In this document: positions 1 to 12,400 of the stretch, piece by piece
Numbering within the stretch: position 1 is the stretch's first letter
Layout of the letters: every line of letters begins with the position of its first letter
Assembly: GCA_018985225.1 (NCBI GenBank)
Contig: JADGIF010000103.1
Coordinates: 1-19,900 of the forward strand
DNA length: 19,900 nucleotides
Reading direction: 5' to 3'
Source: Amoeboradix gromovi X-113
Taxonomy: Eukaryota > Fungi > Sanchytriomycota
The notes under the pieces: generated by a model
Seen by the model: only the letters and a program-made list of their open reading frames with translations
What the model was told of the DNA's origin: nothing
Databases searched by the model: none
Position numbers and translations under genes: made by a program

Positions 1-165
1 TATGCTGTACCTGTTAATTATTTATTTAGAGCTGATTTACCATTTGCGAAAAGGAAGAATATCAAGTATTTGAGCTATTAGAAAAATCTGGAAAAGTCTT
101 GAAATTATACAAAAATGCATACAAATTCGCGATAAATGATTTGTTCAAGAACACAATAGAGCTGT
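1..165. repeat. Dispersed repeat, copy 1 (direct repeat of 17452-17606); probably continues beyond the window start
   Basis: tatgctgtacctgtta...gatttaccatttgcgaaaaggaagaatatc...tacaaattcgcgataaatgatttgttcaagaa...gagctg aligns with 17452-17606, with scattered substitutions and one 10-nt indel. Confidence 0.9.
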
Positions 166-629
166 TTTTTTGTTCAAAAACGAAGGATTATGACTAGCAA
201 ATATGGCATTTCTTATCATTTTTTTGATTTTTATCCATGCAGTATTAAATCGACTAATCAGCAATAATGCCTTGCAAAGATTACTATCAGATAGGGGAAT
301 ACATGGCGAATATAGTCCCATTCTGCCAGCGTAATATTTGATTTGTCTAATATTTTTGACAAACGTGGATTTTTTGATGTATCAATGACAACAACCTTTT
401 TTACTTAACGCATTCTTCTTTCATGTTTTTCTTTTCACTGGAAATTTCAACTAAAAACTCGTTGATTCATTTTTGTCCCTCTTCTTTTTCGTCTGGTCTT
501 GTAAATTAACGATAAACCCCAAAGCTTGAGTGCATTAATTTCATGCACCTCAAAATTTTGGTTTAGCTCAGGACTAGCTCAGCTTTATTCGCGTAAACCC
601 AGAATCGAGTCTTTGAAAATTCAGATTAT

Positions 630-1640
630 TTATTGATAGCTTACAACCCTTTTGTCATATTCTGCAAACTTCAATCTACTAGGCATAGACTCTTTATAGT
701 CGCCTCTCTCTTTTTTGATCTCTATACCTCTATCATTGTAGTAATATGGCCAACAATCATGCTCTGTAGTAAGATCAACCCAGCTTATAGGAATGTCTTC
801 CTCCCTGCGGTGCGTTGTGGTTGTCGGATACTTTTAACAAAATCATTATCTTTGTATTTCAGGAAATCATAGGTTGGCAAATCGTAGGCCACCTTGACCT
901 GAGGAACCATGACCAGCTTGTCGAAGCCATGCCTAATCATATCTATGCATAGCGATGTGATCTCGTTAGCGCTGGATTCACCTGGGGTCGTATCGCCTTT
1001 TCTGCCATTTAGACCTCTACGAAATTCAATGTTTTTAAACACCCGTGCATTTATACTCACCATCCCATTCCACAAACACATCATCTGAACAGGTAGCAGA
1101 TCCTCGACTCTTTTTCGATCTGGAGGATTTACAGCCGCAATACCCTTTTGAAGCTCCAGCCATTCTGGGTGAGTGCCATTTACATCCTGGGTCACCCAGG
1201 AGTCATAAAATATTATCTGTTTCCAAGAGAGATATAAATAGTCCATACCTCCAACCAAGTCAGCAGAGTTCAGAGTCTGTTGATGAAGAAGCTCCAAAAT
1301 GTCGTCATAGCAGAAGAACACGTAATTCAAAAACAGGACATAATCGACGTTTATTCTGTTCATGATCAAGGGCTGGATGGCGTAGTTCCTCATGTACACC
1401 AAATAGTCAATCCGGTTAGTGTCGCGATCACTCTTGGACAGTGCGCTGGTTTCTATCTCGTACTCGATGTCGTAGGACTTGAGAATGTAGTGAAAAAGCG
1501 CTGAGCATTAGAGATGCAGCAGAGGCACCATTTATTAGCAAGACGATACGCCTATGCGCATACAGTCCATGGGAATTCCAACAGTTGACCATATGACAAT
1601 GTGATTGACAATATGATTCGCAAAGATCTCACCATATTAG
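630..1640 (-). pseudogene. CAP59/CMT1-family (GT69) alpha-1,3-mannosyltransferase pseudogene
   Basis: Family motifs RIDYLVYMRNYAIQPL, VLFLNYVFFCYDDILELL, FYDSWVTQDVNG, PVQMMCLWNG, GESSANEITSLCID, VPQVKVAY. The usual LND reads LNY and ECxASE reads ESSANE. A frameshift near 800 is needed to reach the probable C-terminus (EDIPISWVDLTTEHDCWPY...SYQ*, stop 630-632). There is an in-frame stop near 1508 and the 5' part is degenerate, so the upstream boundary is approximate. Confidence 0.8.
1400..1542 (-). repeat. Left arm of a 143-bp inverted repeat (partner 2864-3006)
   Basis: Reverse complement matches 2864-3006 without gaps, with 8 mismatches by manual count; weaker similarity continues inward to about 1630/2795. 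Confidence 0.95.
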
Positions 1641-1722
1641 CAAATAATGAGTGAATGTTGAGCGATATTTCGTCATAGCCACTGATACGGTGTATTAAAT
1701 CCATCCGAAGATCTTGCAAAGC

Positions 1723-2709
1723 ATGTTGGCGTTGTTTGCGTTTTCTTTTGCCACACTTCAAATTGCCCACAATTTTGAGGGAATCCACTCTCTTGTCGCT
1801 GAGGTTGGCGTAGGTCATCTAATTAGGTGTCTGCGTGAACAGAATTCTAACTGCGTTGATTTTGACTTGCTTACTGAGCCTTCCCGTAAATTGGTGGATT
1901 CGCTAGTAGAACAGGTCAAAGCAAACATCGGTAAACCGAGGAGTTCTCATGCTACCGAAATGCAGCAGCTTGCCATGGAAATATTGCAAAACCCAGATAA
2001 ATATGATTTGCGTGCTTGTCCACGTACTCCAGTCCTTCTTAAGAGAGACGGACAGAGCGACGAAGAGAAGAAAGCCGGCAAGTTAAATGCTGATGGCTTA
2101 GAGGCTGGTAAGCCAGAGGCAGATGGCTTGGAGGCCGGTAAGTTAAAAGCTGTTCATAATACAGATCCGACGATAACCGCAGTTCCACAAGGAGCAAGAC
2201 CTCGCCGACAATCTAGACGTCCCAGAATAAGGTTTAAAAAGCCAAGCTTTTGTGATGTAGTAGCTGGGTTGTTCGTAGCTCTGGTTGTAGCTGTACCTCA
2301 GGTACTTATCGGAATATCTTCATATTATCTACATGGTGACATAGTGAAGGCGCCGATAGCTAGAAATTATTTATCCAATAGATGTGACTGGAAAGCAGTC
2401 TGTGTCGACGGCGGTGAACTTCCTGAGCACTACTACAAGGACCCCAATACAGGAGTCGTGGTTTATTCAAAAAAGGAAGTTCAGTACGTTAATCCAAAGT
2501 CTGGGGATATCAAGCACGTGGAGTTGCAGATTGCGATTGAGAATGGACGTTGCCAATTAGAAAACAACAAAGATGGTACTCGAGATACATGTGGAATGTA
2601 CTATGCTTTTATGAATGATAGCCCATATATTTGGTCTATGGGACTCGTTTTTGGTATTATATTCGATATCATCTTAATTTGCGTTGGATTATGTAGTTTA
2701 AGCACTTGA
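1723..2709 (+). CDS. Orphan secretory-pathway membrane protein: signal peptide, Cys-containing pro-region, LLKR site, short repeats, two predicted TM helices
   Basis: Open frame from ATG 1723 (MLALFAFSFATLQ, hydrophobic). KR at 2041-2046. Hydrophobic segments VVAGLFVALVVAVPQVLIGI and IWSMGLVFGIIFDIILICVGLC. AATAAAT at 2724. Confidence 0.8.
   Translation: MLALFAFSFATLQIAHNFEGIHSLVAEVGVGHLIRCLREQNSNCVDFDLLTEPSRKLVDSLVEQVKANIGKPRSSHATEMQQLAMEILQNPDKYDLRACPRTPVLLKRDGQSDEEKKAGKLNADGLEAGKPEADGLEAGKLKAVHNTDPTITAVPQGARPRRQSRRPRIRFKKPSFCDVVAGLFVALVVAVPQVLIGISSYYLHGDIVKAPIARNYLSNRCDWKAVCVDGGELPEHYYKDPNTGVVVYSKKEVQYVNPKSGDIKHVELQIAIENGRCQLENNKDGTRDTCGMYYAFMNDSPYIWSMGLVFGIIFDIILICVGLCSLST
2074..2151 (+). 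repeat. Intragenic 30-nt tandem repeat, about 2.5 copies (AGKLNADGLE / AGKPEADGLE / AGKLKA)
   Basis: Direct reading of the DNA and translation. Confidence 0.85.
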
Positions 2710-2863
2710 ACTAACACGAACTCAATAAATGATACTAAGTAATAGTTTAATGAAGCACAACTAATAGCACTGACTTCTATCGCAATGTTCAACTGCGATT
2801 TATACAAATCATATAGCATGCTTGCTGCAATTCCCATGAACTGTATACGTGCACAGGTACTGC

Positions 2864-3006
2864 CTTGCTAACAAATGGTGCCCCTGCTGCATCTCTAATG
2901 CTCAGCACTTTTTCACTACATTCTCAAGTCCTACGACATCGAGTACGAGATAGAAACCAGCACACTGTCCAAGAGTGATCGCGACACCAACCGGATCGAC
3001 CATCTG
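2864..3006 (+). repeat. Right arm of the 143-bp inverted repeat; second partial copy of CAP59-like coding sequence
   Basis: Encodes ...HYILKSYDIEYEIETSTLSKSDRDTNRIDHL, the segment just upstream of the RN motif in the minus-strand pseudogene, then stops abruptly. Confidence 0.95.
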
Positions 3007-3229
3007 CTGTAGATGTATTGGCTACAAACAAAGTATGTACTTTTTACTATAAATAGCGAGCAATTCTTTATATGTAAGTCTCAAAATCCAATCCATTCGC
3101 AAGATTTATTGCTTCGAGTTGATGCAAGTGGGAATCTTGTCGTTAATTTTAATGAATTGAATTCACTACAACAAATGCAAGACGACCCAACCAACAAACA
3201 AGATCATGTAACCAATGACATATCAGAAG

Positions 3230-4093
3230 GCTTTAATTTACAAGTGTGGCTACAGAGATGCAATATGATCAATTGTTGCATAATTCAATGTATCCATCTA
3301 GTTTTACCTTAAGAGTTAATATTAGTTAAAAACAAATTTCAACCAATGGGAAAACATGAAGAAGAATTATTGTTAAAAAGTATCCTTGTGGTGAGTCAAA
3401 AAGAGCAACATACCAATAGAAAAGTGTTTTAAGTATAATGTCTACCAACTCGGCAAGTTGTGTCGAAAAGCATTTTGTCATTTACTCTCTATTTCCAATC
3501 AAAAACTCCAGAATATTATTACCAGTATTGATTCAAGTTGGTCCAAGAGGGTTCATGGTAACAAGGACAAAAAGTTTGTAAATGCATTTACCACAGAACA
3601 GAAAGATGCTATTTTTAATTGGATCAAAACTTTTGCTCAGGAAAATGGAGAACCCAAACCAGGACGTATATACACTACAAGTGGTCCGAAAAGACTTAGA
3701 AGAACTAGGCACATTGATATCTTTTGGCTATCAGCAGACATGACAGTTACAAAGTTGTACAACATTTACTCGAGTACTGAGTCAAATTTTTCTATTAATC
3801 CAGAAACTTTTTAGAAAGTATTTCAAGTTGTGTAAGACTATCAAGATCAAGTCTGGAAAGTCTGATGTCTGTGACACTTGTACTTTATTTAAAGAACAAT
3901 TAAGTGAAGAGCTCCCAGAAGCATCGACCCTGAACTGACTTGTCGTTTCCAGACTCATTTGAGACAAGCTAAAATGGCAAGGCTAGTCTATGTACAAGAC
4001 CATACAAGAGAGAATTTTACCTACTTGTCCTTTGACTTTAGCCAGAATGTCAGTATCCCACAACTACATGATCAGCCTAGTGATTTTTATTTC
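3230..4093 (+). mobile_element. Degenerate Sola-like (DUF7869-type) DNA transposase, N-terminal part up to the first catalytic Asp region
   Basis: Motifs across stops and frameshifts, in the expected order: CNMINCC..C, LCRKAFCHLLSIS..KL, VHGN, GEPKPGR, WLSADMTVTKLY, KSDVCDTC, HLRQAKMARLVY, LSFDFSQNVSIP..HDQPSDFYF. Left boundary approximate; no TIR identified. Confidence 0.65.
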
Positions 4094-4105
4094 ATAACGT
4101 GGAGT

Positions 4106-5863
4106 ATGGAAACTCAATACATTAAAAATGATTGGAAAAAGATAGTAGAAGGTACAATGACTATAGATGATGAAGGAATGAATGTTTTTGCTGAATATTG
4201 GGTTAATAAAGTAAAGAAAAAAACTCAGAGAGAATTATTCGATACAAACAATATAAAAAAAGTTGTTATTAAAGTGTTGAAGAAATTTAGGGATATTGAG
4301 CAGCGATTTTCTCTAAAGGTGGAAAATCCAAATCCTGCTGGAAGAAATGGAAATATTCTCTTGACTGGAGTAAAGGGTGTTGGTAAAACTTTATTAATGA
4401 GGGCATTGCATGGATTTGCTACTGATATATGTGCTGGATTTTTAAGTATTTACATTAGCTACGAAAATAAACTTGAAGGAAATATGCCATCCATCTTTGA
4501 CTATTATAGGCAGCAACCAGGATTTCATGATATCCCATCCACTGCTGAAGGATTAGATGATTGGTGCTTTGATAATTCAAAAACTGTCGTTTTATTTGCA
4601 GATGAAATCCAGGAATTGTACAAGTCAACCACATATTTAGACAGAATTAAAGAAATATTAGTAGTAGGTAAATGTGAAGCATCCTTTGGAGTGGTTTCAG
4701 GGTCCAACCAATGCATTAGAAGCTTGGTTCACAAAGCAACAATCTATACTGGCCCGGAGTACTTTAACGCTGAATGTGTAAATTTAAATTATCAGGTGTA
4801 CCAAGAATTGCGTCTCTTACCATTAAGACAGAAAACTGAGATCGAGTCCTTTAAGGCTCAGCACGATATTCATACTGATGAAAATGAATTATTCAAGAAA
4901 ACTGGCGGTGTTGGGGGTAATTTGGTAAACTTTGATGGTGAATTAACCATTCTTCATATCTTGAAGGAGATGGAAGATCCATCAAAAAGAACGATAATTC
5001 ACAAGTTGTATTGTAAAAATTCAGATATCAAGGCCGATAATGTATGGAATCAACAGAAAGTTTCCTATTCTGATTTCCCACAATTTAGAGACACTTGTTC
5101 TAGCAATTTATTGTTATTATGTGATCTTGGAATCCTTTTCACTGCAGATAGTGTTCATTATGAGTTTCTAGTTCCAGGGCATATATTTCTACTCCAATAT
5201 TATATGGCTAATGACCCTGAAAAATACCTGTTGTATGCTTTAGAAGGTACTTTAAGTGGATGGGGTAAAGGAAGTTCACCAGGGCACGCCCTTGAATATG
5301 AATTGCGTAAGCGCCTAGTTGGGGAGTATTCCCCATTTGAACATTGTGATTATTCAGAACAGTGCTTATCTTTTAGTACTTCTACAAAGAAAAACTGCAT
5401 TAAATTGAGCGTTGCTGGCATTGATGATATGTTGAATAAGATGTTATACTTATGTACTGACAATGGCTCGGATGGATTTACGCTTAATGGTGATATGGAT
5501 GATCCTAACATGATTTATATCCATCATTTACAAATTAAGACTGGAAAGCAAGGCAAAAAGATAACAAGAGGGGGCCCAAGCTCAAAGGATAACGATACAA
5601 CTATTGTTGGAATAAAGCATAAATTTGTTCGATCATTCAATACCATTTCAGAACAATTAAATACGAGATTTCCATCATTCACATTTAAAGCGAAATCCTT
5701 TACATTGTTAACAACCAAAGATATAAATTCAGATGCTAAAAGTTTTATTGAAGAGGGAATACAGATCAATGGCGAGAGTGTGCCATTTGTTGTTCTTGAA
5801 AAGGATGTGGTTTCAGAATTATTGAAAGAAGAGTTGTCTACTTTGGCTATAGTTTTATCATAA
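4106..5863 (+). CDS. P-loop NTPase + C-terminal PD-(D/E)xK-like nuclease (Crinkler/CR-effector-type NTPase-REase architecture)
   Basis: Walker A GVKGVGKT (4367-4390); Walker B VVLFADEIQ (about 4601); TGG helix motif; C-terminal GHALE...GSDGF...HHLQIKTG nuclease-like signature. First plausible ATG at 4106, though the frame is open from 3959. AATAAAT at 5873. Confidence 0.75.
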   Translation: METQYIKNDWKKIVEGTMTIDDEGMNVFAEYWVNKVKKKTQRELFDTNNIKKVVIKVLKKFRDIEQRFSLKVENPNPAGRNGNILLTGVKGVGKTLLMRALHGFATDICAGFLSIYISYENKLEGNMPSIFDYYRQQPGFHDIPSTAEGLDDWCFDNSKTVVLFADEIQELYKSTTYLDRIKEILVVGKCEASFGVVSGSNQCIRSLVHKATIYTGPEYFNAECVNLNYQVYQELRLLPLRQKTEIESFKAQHDIHTDENELFKKTGGVGGNLVNFDGELTILHILKEMEDPSKRTIIHKLYCKNSDIKADNVWNQQKVSYSDFPQFRDTCSSNLLLLCDLGILFTADSVHYEFLVPGHIFLLQYYMANDPEKYLLYALEGTLSGWGKGSSPGHALEYELRKRLVGEYSPFEHCDYSEQCLSFSTSTKKNCIKLSVAGIDDMLNKMLYLCTDNGSDGFTLNGDMDDPNMIYIHHLQIKTGKQGKKITRGGPSSKDNDTTIVGIKHKFVRSFNTISEQLNTRFPSFTFKAKSFTLLTTKDINSDAKSFIEEGIQINGESVPFVVLEKDVVSELLKEELSTLAIVLS

Positions 5864-5965
5864 AATACAAAAAATAAATTTGTTACTTTGCTTGAAATCG
5901 CTTACATTTAGAACCCTCTACATTTGAAATACAAATCGGTTTATCTCAATATGGCTTTCAATATT

Positions 5966-6035
5966 TAGTCTAGTTTTTGTATTTGGTGTCCCATTTCTAG
6001 TCTAGTTTTTATATTTGGTGTCCCATTTCTAGTCT
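5966..6035. repeat. 32-nt tandem duplication (2 copies plus 6 nt)
   Basis: tagtctagtttttgtatttggtgtcccatttc followed by tagtctagtttttatatttggtgtcccatttc and tagtct. Confidence 0.95.
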
Positions 6036-6410
6036 TGAAAAGAGATTACCAAAGTTTTAGACCCAGATTTAATTTCCCAACTGGAACATGTGAGACAGAC
6101 TATTTTGAGAACGGCTTCCAGTATCGCGCCGACACTCTTTACGATGCTTAAGTGGGTGCGATATCTAACAGAATGCCTTCAGTTATGGGAGTTGTAAATG
6201 TTCTATACGCACAGAAATGTCACGCATGGTTATGAAACTCAGCTGGCAGCAAAGTGTATTAATGGAATAACTATAATAATACTGTCTCAAAGCAGCCATT
6301 GTGGCATTTTGTGTGCCATTTTCGCAAAATCTGTCTTGAAAACCATCATAAGCGCCTATATCAGCTATCCATTAATTACGTCGTCTTGAAACAAGTTTAT
6401 ACTTCTTAAA

Positions 6411-9400
6411 ATGGAATCAATACTACAAGATGCAATAACCGAGGGCGACCATGATCTCATTACTCGTCTTTACAAGATTAAGCCAAAACATGTGTTTGAA
6501 GCCTTAGTTTCCAAACTTGATCAGATCTTAAGTGTTTATCAAGATAACAATCAAGGCCAGGTCCGCGCAATGGTTCAAATTATAAGCTGGATGAATCTGT
6601 GTTTGTTCCAGTCCTCTCCTGATCATAATAATCCAAGCGGTTCTCAGCTACTAAATCTCAACTCATCAGCTTTTAATATTGGAGGAAGTATTGCTTCTTT
6701 GAGCAGTATGGGAACTACTATTGGCCAGTCACTATCCATATCAGTTCCAGATGTCATACCTTTCGAATCAAATGTTGCTACTATTTTGTTTAACTGCGCT
6801 AGAAAAATATTGGTTCATTCGGAAGAAGTCATTAGGATAGTGTTTTACCTAAGCATGTCAAATCCCCAAATAATTACAGACCATATCATTAGGATTAATA
6901 AGGAGGATCCTGAACTAAATATTCTTCAATATTGCGCATTTCAATTAGACAAACTGGTTTTGGTTGTGCGTCATATTTTTACAACCTTTACTCAACTAAA
7001 AAAACCAGCCCAACTTTCAGCTTGCACTATAATACGTAAGCTTATTTGGAACTTTATTGAATGGTATCCTATAGATTTTGTAGCAATCTCCAATGGTTCT
7101 CGTAAGCTGGATGACATAATTGATGGCTTCTTTTTACTCTTAAATGAAGACAAAAAGAAATTTATGCCTCTACAAACTATGTTTATGATTCTCAACAGCA
7201 ATAAGATTAGTTTACCCCATTACATTCAGTTTATTGAACTATTAAGAAAACACAAAAAAGAATTCTCTTCTTGCCTTGTTGATATTCTAAAAGCTGCTGT
7301 ATTTCTTAAAGACAGATCTGACCTGCGCAGTCTAGCATTTGATTTTGAGACCGATGTACGTGAAATTATCCAAAGCGGGCTAAAATCCAAGGACCAAGAA
7401 GAGTCTATGCTACTTGATGGACTTGTAGGATTGTACAGATTATCGCCATTGACCACTGTTAAAATATTTTCTACTATGTTCGATAATAAGCGGCTGCTAA
7501 GTAAAGTATTTTACGCTTTAGCAAATAGTGATCATCAACCTTGGAATACTCCAATTTCTAATAATAATGCGATGTGCTCGTTTGTTAAGACCTTATTACA
7601 TGATAGTATGCTTCCTGATGAAGATGGTGGAAATAATAGCTCTACCATAAAAAAGCTACCGTTGTTCGATAAGAAAAGAAAAGAAGATCCTCGAAAAGAT
7701 GTCATATACTACACTATCAAAATATTGGAAATAGAACCTAAAATAGCCGTAATTGATGATTTTGATACCATAGTTAGAGATATAGTCATGGTTCTGGAAG
7801 AGGCACCTAGCATTACTCGATCTGTAACTTTGAGCGTACTACTAAAAGCTTATAGTCCTGATTTAGTTGTATTGTGGGCAAAAAACTCATCATTATTTGT
7901 TAAGGCATTCTCTTTTATCTTATTGAGTATAAGCAAACTGATATTTGAGAGTAAAAAGGAAGAAATTGTTGTCTTGCTAGAGTTTTTGATGAATTATTTT
8001 GACCACATCATTAACATAATGTTTCAAGATGCAAGCATCATGTTGTCACCGACAGACACCAAATTAAAGGGTGCTGCTATTCATTCTATAGAGAGCGCGC
8101 TCTTATACTGTATAGCATTAACTGATATTGAGTTGTTCTGTGCAGTTAAGAATATCTGGATTGTGCTATTACAAGCCTTTGAACGATTAGACAAGGACGA
8201 GTACGATTTATTAAACATACCACATATAGCTATATACCGTAAGCTATTAGAACCTATCTCATATCAGAGCATGTTCAAGGCTTTAACAATTAGTTTATAC
8301 AAACCATCGTTGAGCACAATAGTTTGTTTTGATCAGCTATATCGAAGATGGAAAACACTTAACATGAGCAGGCAGCAAGAACTTATGGATAGCAGACTTA
8401 AGAGAATGTCGACCAAATATTCACATTCAGTTTTAACTCATAGTGAAAAGGAAACTAAAAGTGACTGGGTATCAGTCACGTTGAGCATGTGTTATTTGTT
8501 GCCATTATGCATACCTAACGAATCCTTAGAAAAACAGATTTATGATTCTTCAACATTTCTTAGATTTGATACATTCTTCAACACCGCTAGCGAACGCATT
8601 TCTATACATTTATTGGTGGACGCGTATTTGAGTGACTTAGTCAATCTGCTACGAAGTGAAAACCCTATTCTAAAAGAGTACTTACCTCATATAATAGGAG
8701 AAGAATTGGATTTTAGTTTTTGGGGTTTAATTGAAAAGAAACTGCAAAATCAACTAAATAACACGATTCAAAAAGATGCAGAATATCTTTGCAGAGTAGT
8801 AACGATAATGCACAAGGCTTTATTGAAAAACGAGAATTGCATGAGCATGGCGATGGATAAGATGTTACAATTTCTATCGCTTGATATTGATGCCACACAT
8901 GATCAATACACAGCAGAAGCTAAGCTGGCCTACTGTAAGCTTGTTTACACTCTTTTTGAAAGAAATGCAGATGTTTTCAAGGATTTGGTGATTCGCAACT
9001 TTTTAGCTCAAATGATTTCGTCTTGGATAAGCGATATGGAGTATAACACTGAGCAATCTAGTATACTTAAGGAATTGGATGTTACAAGTATCAAATGCCT
9101 AAAATTTTTATTTTACGGACTATCATTGAAGCCCCAAAACAGTGATTTAAATAATACTGATTTAAAAGAAATGAAGGACCGTACGTTTAACAATTATGTG
9201 AATGTGCTTCAGAAAGTTTTATACAAAACACATGTCATCCAATCTAATTCTAGCTCTGTTTACTCTGGTAAAGAAATTCATTACTTAACACAGGATTTGA
9301 TTCAATCTTTTGCTTCTTTGGTTGCCAACAATCAAGACATAGGACTTAAGTTCATTATGAACATGGCTCAAAACTCTTCCACAAAGTTAAGACCGTTCGT

Positions 9401-12400
9401 ATTGGAGATACTGTCATTCTCTTTGAACGCAACTACTGTTAAAGTGGTTGAACCGCAAATCATATCATTTAGAGTATTATCCAAGTTTCTGTTTGAACAT
9501 GATCCAATGATATGTGTAGCTTTGTATGAGAACATTGATGTGAGTGTGAGAGAGATAATATTGGAGAAGATCTATTATTGCTTTGAAGAGTATCACGATG
9601 TATTGAAACTGTTAAAGCAAAGTGTAGAACGAGACGTTACCAAGACAGACGCTGCTAATGTAATATTTAGAAGGAATAGCATGTCCACAAAGTTGTTAAC
9701 ATTAATTAATCAAAGATACGGGTTGGAATACCTGAACACAGTTATTCAGCCTATAATAGACAAGATATCGACTGACATAAAGAACGGCATATGCTATGAA
9801 ATAGATCCACTGAAGCTGCAGAACAGCAATGAATTAAGTAATAACACTCAGCATTTGATGGATATTTGTAGTAGCATCATTACCAACATATATCATAGCG
9901 AAATTCCAGTGATGCTGAAGAACACTTGCTATTTGATTAGCAACATCGTAAATAACAAGTTTCCAGATGCGAAATTAAATGCAGTAAGTGGCTACTTCTT
10001 TTTAAGGTTCATTTGCCCTGCTATAACTAGTCCAGAGAATAGCGGTTTGACCATAAACAATAGGACTATAGAGTCCAGCAGAGCGCTTGTATTGATTGCC
10101 AAATGTATCCAGAATTTGGCTAACTTTGTCTTTTTTGGTAATAAAGAAGAATGGATGATTCCTATGAACTCGTTTATACACAGTCACAAAGAAAAGACCA
10201 TTGCTTTCCTTGAAAATCTTTGTACATGGACAGCTGTTACAGTCACTACTACCACTGTAGAATGCACAGAAAGTGATTTACAAGATATATATCTACATTT
10301 ATTCCAACAAAAGGATAAAATACTGAATCAGTTGACTTTAAAATCTAGATATTTACAGCAGCAAAACGAATTGCTAGATCATGACAGTGGGCAACAAGCC
10401 TTGAAAAAGATCAAAGACCAAATTGATCAGCTAGTTCTAGAGCTTGGACAGCCAAAAGTTAGACTTCATATGGCTACGAGCAATACACCCAACAATCTAA
10501 CTATGAATCCTTCTGTAGAACAATCTATTGATTTGATAAAATTAAAGAACATGGGATTCCTCACAGAAGGGCCTCGTACAAAAGAAAGGACACCCGGTGT
10601 AATTTTCATAGCTAGAAGGTTAGTAAACATATCAATGGACCATGCAATCAATTATCTTATAATGCTGTTATCCCAGATATGTAATGATAAGTACTACATA
10701 TTAATTGATTTTACCGGCAGTGCATGGAATGAAATAAACCCTACATTGCTTGATAAATTATTATCGGCAATGAACAGTAGTACTATCACTACTAACTTAA
10801 GTGTCATTCATGTGCTAAATCCTAATAATAACACTCGTCTAGCCTTAAAGCAAGCCAACAAAACGCTGATGGAGCTGGCCAAAAGATGCCTGTTTTACAG
10901 TGCTATTTCTCAATTACTGCTAATTTTTCCTAGTAATTCTTTGACGCTACCATCATTAACACTCTCCCTAGATGAGCCAACTGTTTTGTTTACAGTTATA
11001 CGTAATGTGCAAAGTAGCGCATATCCGGTGCACTTATTAATTGGTAAAAACTGTATACAAATACAGTCTACCAAGAAAATTGAACTAATCGGAAGCATTC
11101 CGGCGGTTTTAAACGATGTGATTGATGTTTTGGATGTTTCGGAATTAATAAAAAGAAAAGAGTCTGCTAATGATACGAGGTTTGTAATCAAAACATCTGT
11201 GGAAGACTATGATTTGACCTGCACAAACTTCTCTCAAATATGCGAAGTAATACAGCAATGCAAACATAAAAGAAACCAAACTAAAAAAGATAATATTGAT
11301 GAATCGCTAGTCAACTCTATAGAGGGTGACGCTCATTTATTAGTGCTGATATTTGCTAATCTATTGCAGGAAAACACGGCTTTGCAAAAAAGCGCTTACC
11401 AATTGTACAATGCGTTGCTAATTAAATTGAATTTGCCACTAGTTAAGCCATTGTTTATCAATGGCGCATTTATGAATGACGTCTTTATGAATAACATATG
11501 CAATATAGATACCAATACACTAGCTCTATTTATAATAGATTTGCAAGTGCAGCAACATAAAGATTTAAACTTGAATTTTTTGGAAATTATAAAGGCTGTC
11601 GTTTGTAAAATAATGAAGAACATAAATGAACTAAGCAGCGGATTGCTAAATTCTCTGGTCGGCAGTCTGATAAACATGACTAGTGAGCATTATGAGCATA
11701 TAGGTCTATTAATAAACAACATATGGGTTCCTGTTAGTACGTATGCCGGTGCAACAGCCATGGTCGTAGAGTGCATGCTAAGCAATTCATACATATCTAG
11801 CAGCAATAGCATACAAACTAGCATCATGTGCTCTATATTCTGCGCATTAGGGCTGAACAAATCACTGGTTAACACGTGCACTGGTAAGCTATTACTTGTT
11901 ATCCGTAAATCGTTGAACCATGTAGATAACAACATCAATGTTGACTTGTATTTACAGATATTAGCCAATTATGCCTTTCACGACACTCTCGATATTGACC
12001 ACTATCTGGCCGATCTGATGTATTTGACCACGTCATTAGCAGGACAAGGTACTATTCAACAACGAACACATCTATACTACATAACCTGCAATATATTAGC
12101 AAACATAACTACTACAATAGATGAGCAGCTGTTGAACTATATGAATGATCAGATACAGAATCCATTTGTGTTGAATCTATTTGGACTGGAATATCTGTCG
12201 CTAATTAACAATACTGATGCTACTGTTAATACGACTAGTTTGGTGAATGTAGGACATTTAGTTCATTTTGTTGCAGACGTTATGATCTGCAGTAGTCCAA
12301 ATATTGAGCAGTTACACGCACATAGAAGCAGGTTGATGGGGCTGATCAGTAGCAGTGCATTTCAATATAACAAGATATTGCAACCACGCGCATTTGTAGC

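Noticed and set aside
260-400. Minus-strand peptide ITLAEWDYIRHVFPYL resembling a hAT transposase helix
   Set aside because: A single short motif with no supporting hAT signatures nearby
785-840. Tiny intron rescuing the CAP59 frameshift
   Set aside because: No ACTAAT branch motif, and the GT-AG candidates I tried do not restore the frame
3230-4093. Stop-codon reassignment as the cause of broken ORFs
   Set aside because: Conserved genes are long open frames ending in TGA, TAG and TAA, and the broken regions also contain frameshifts, so they are pseudogenes
5966-6035. 32-nt repeat as a CRISPR array
   Set aside because: Units are head to tail with no spacers and only two copies, in a eukaryotic context
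6198-6389. 63-aa ORF upstream of NF1
   Set aside because: Short, no motifs, and likely promoter-region noise
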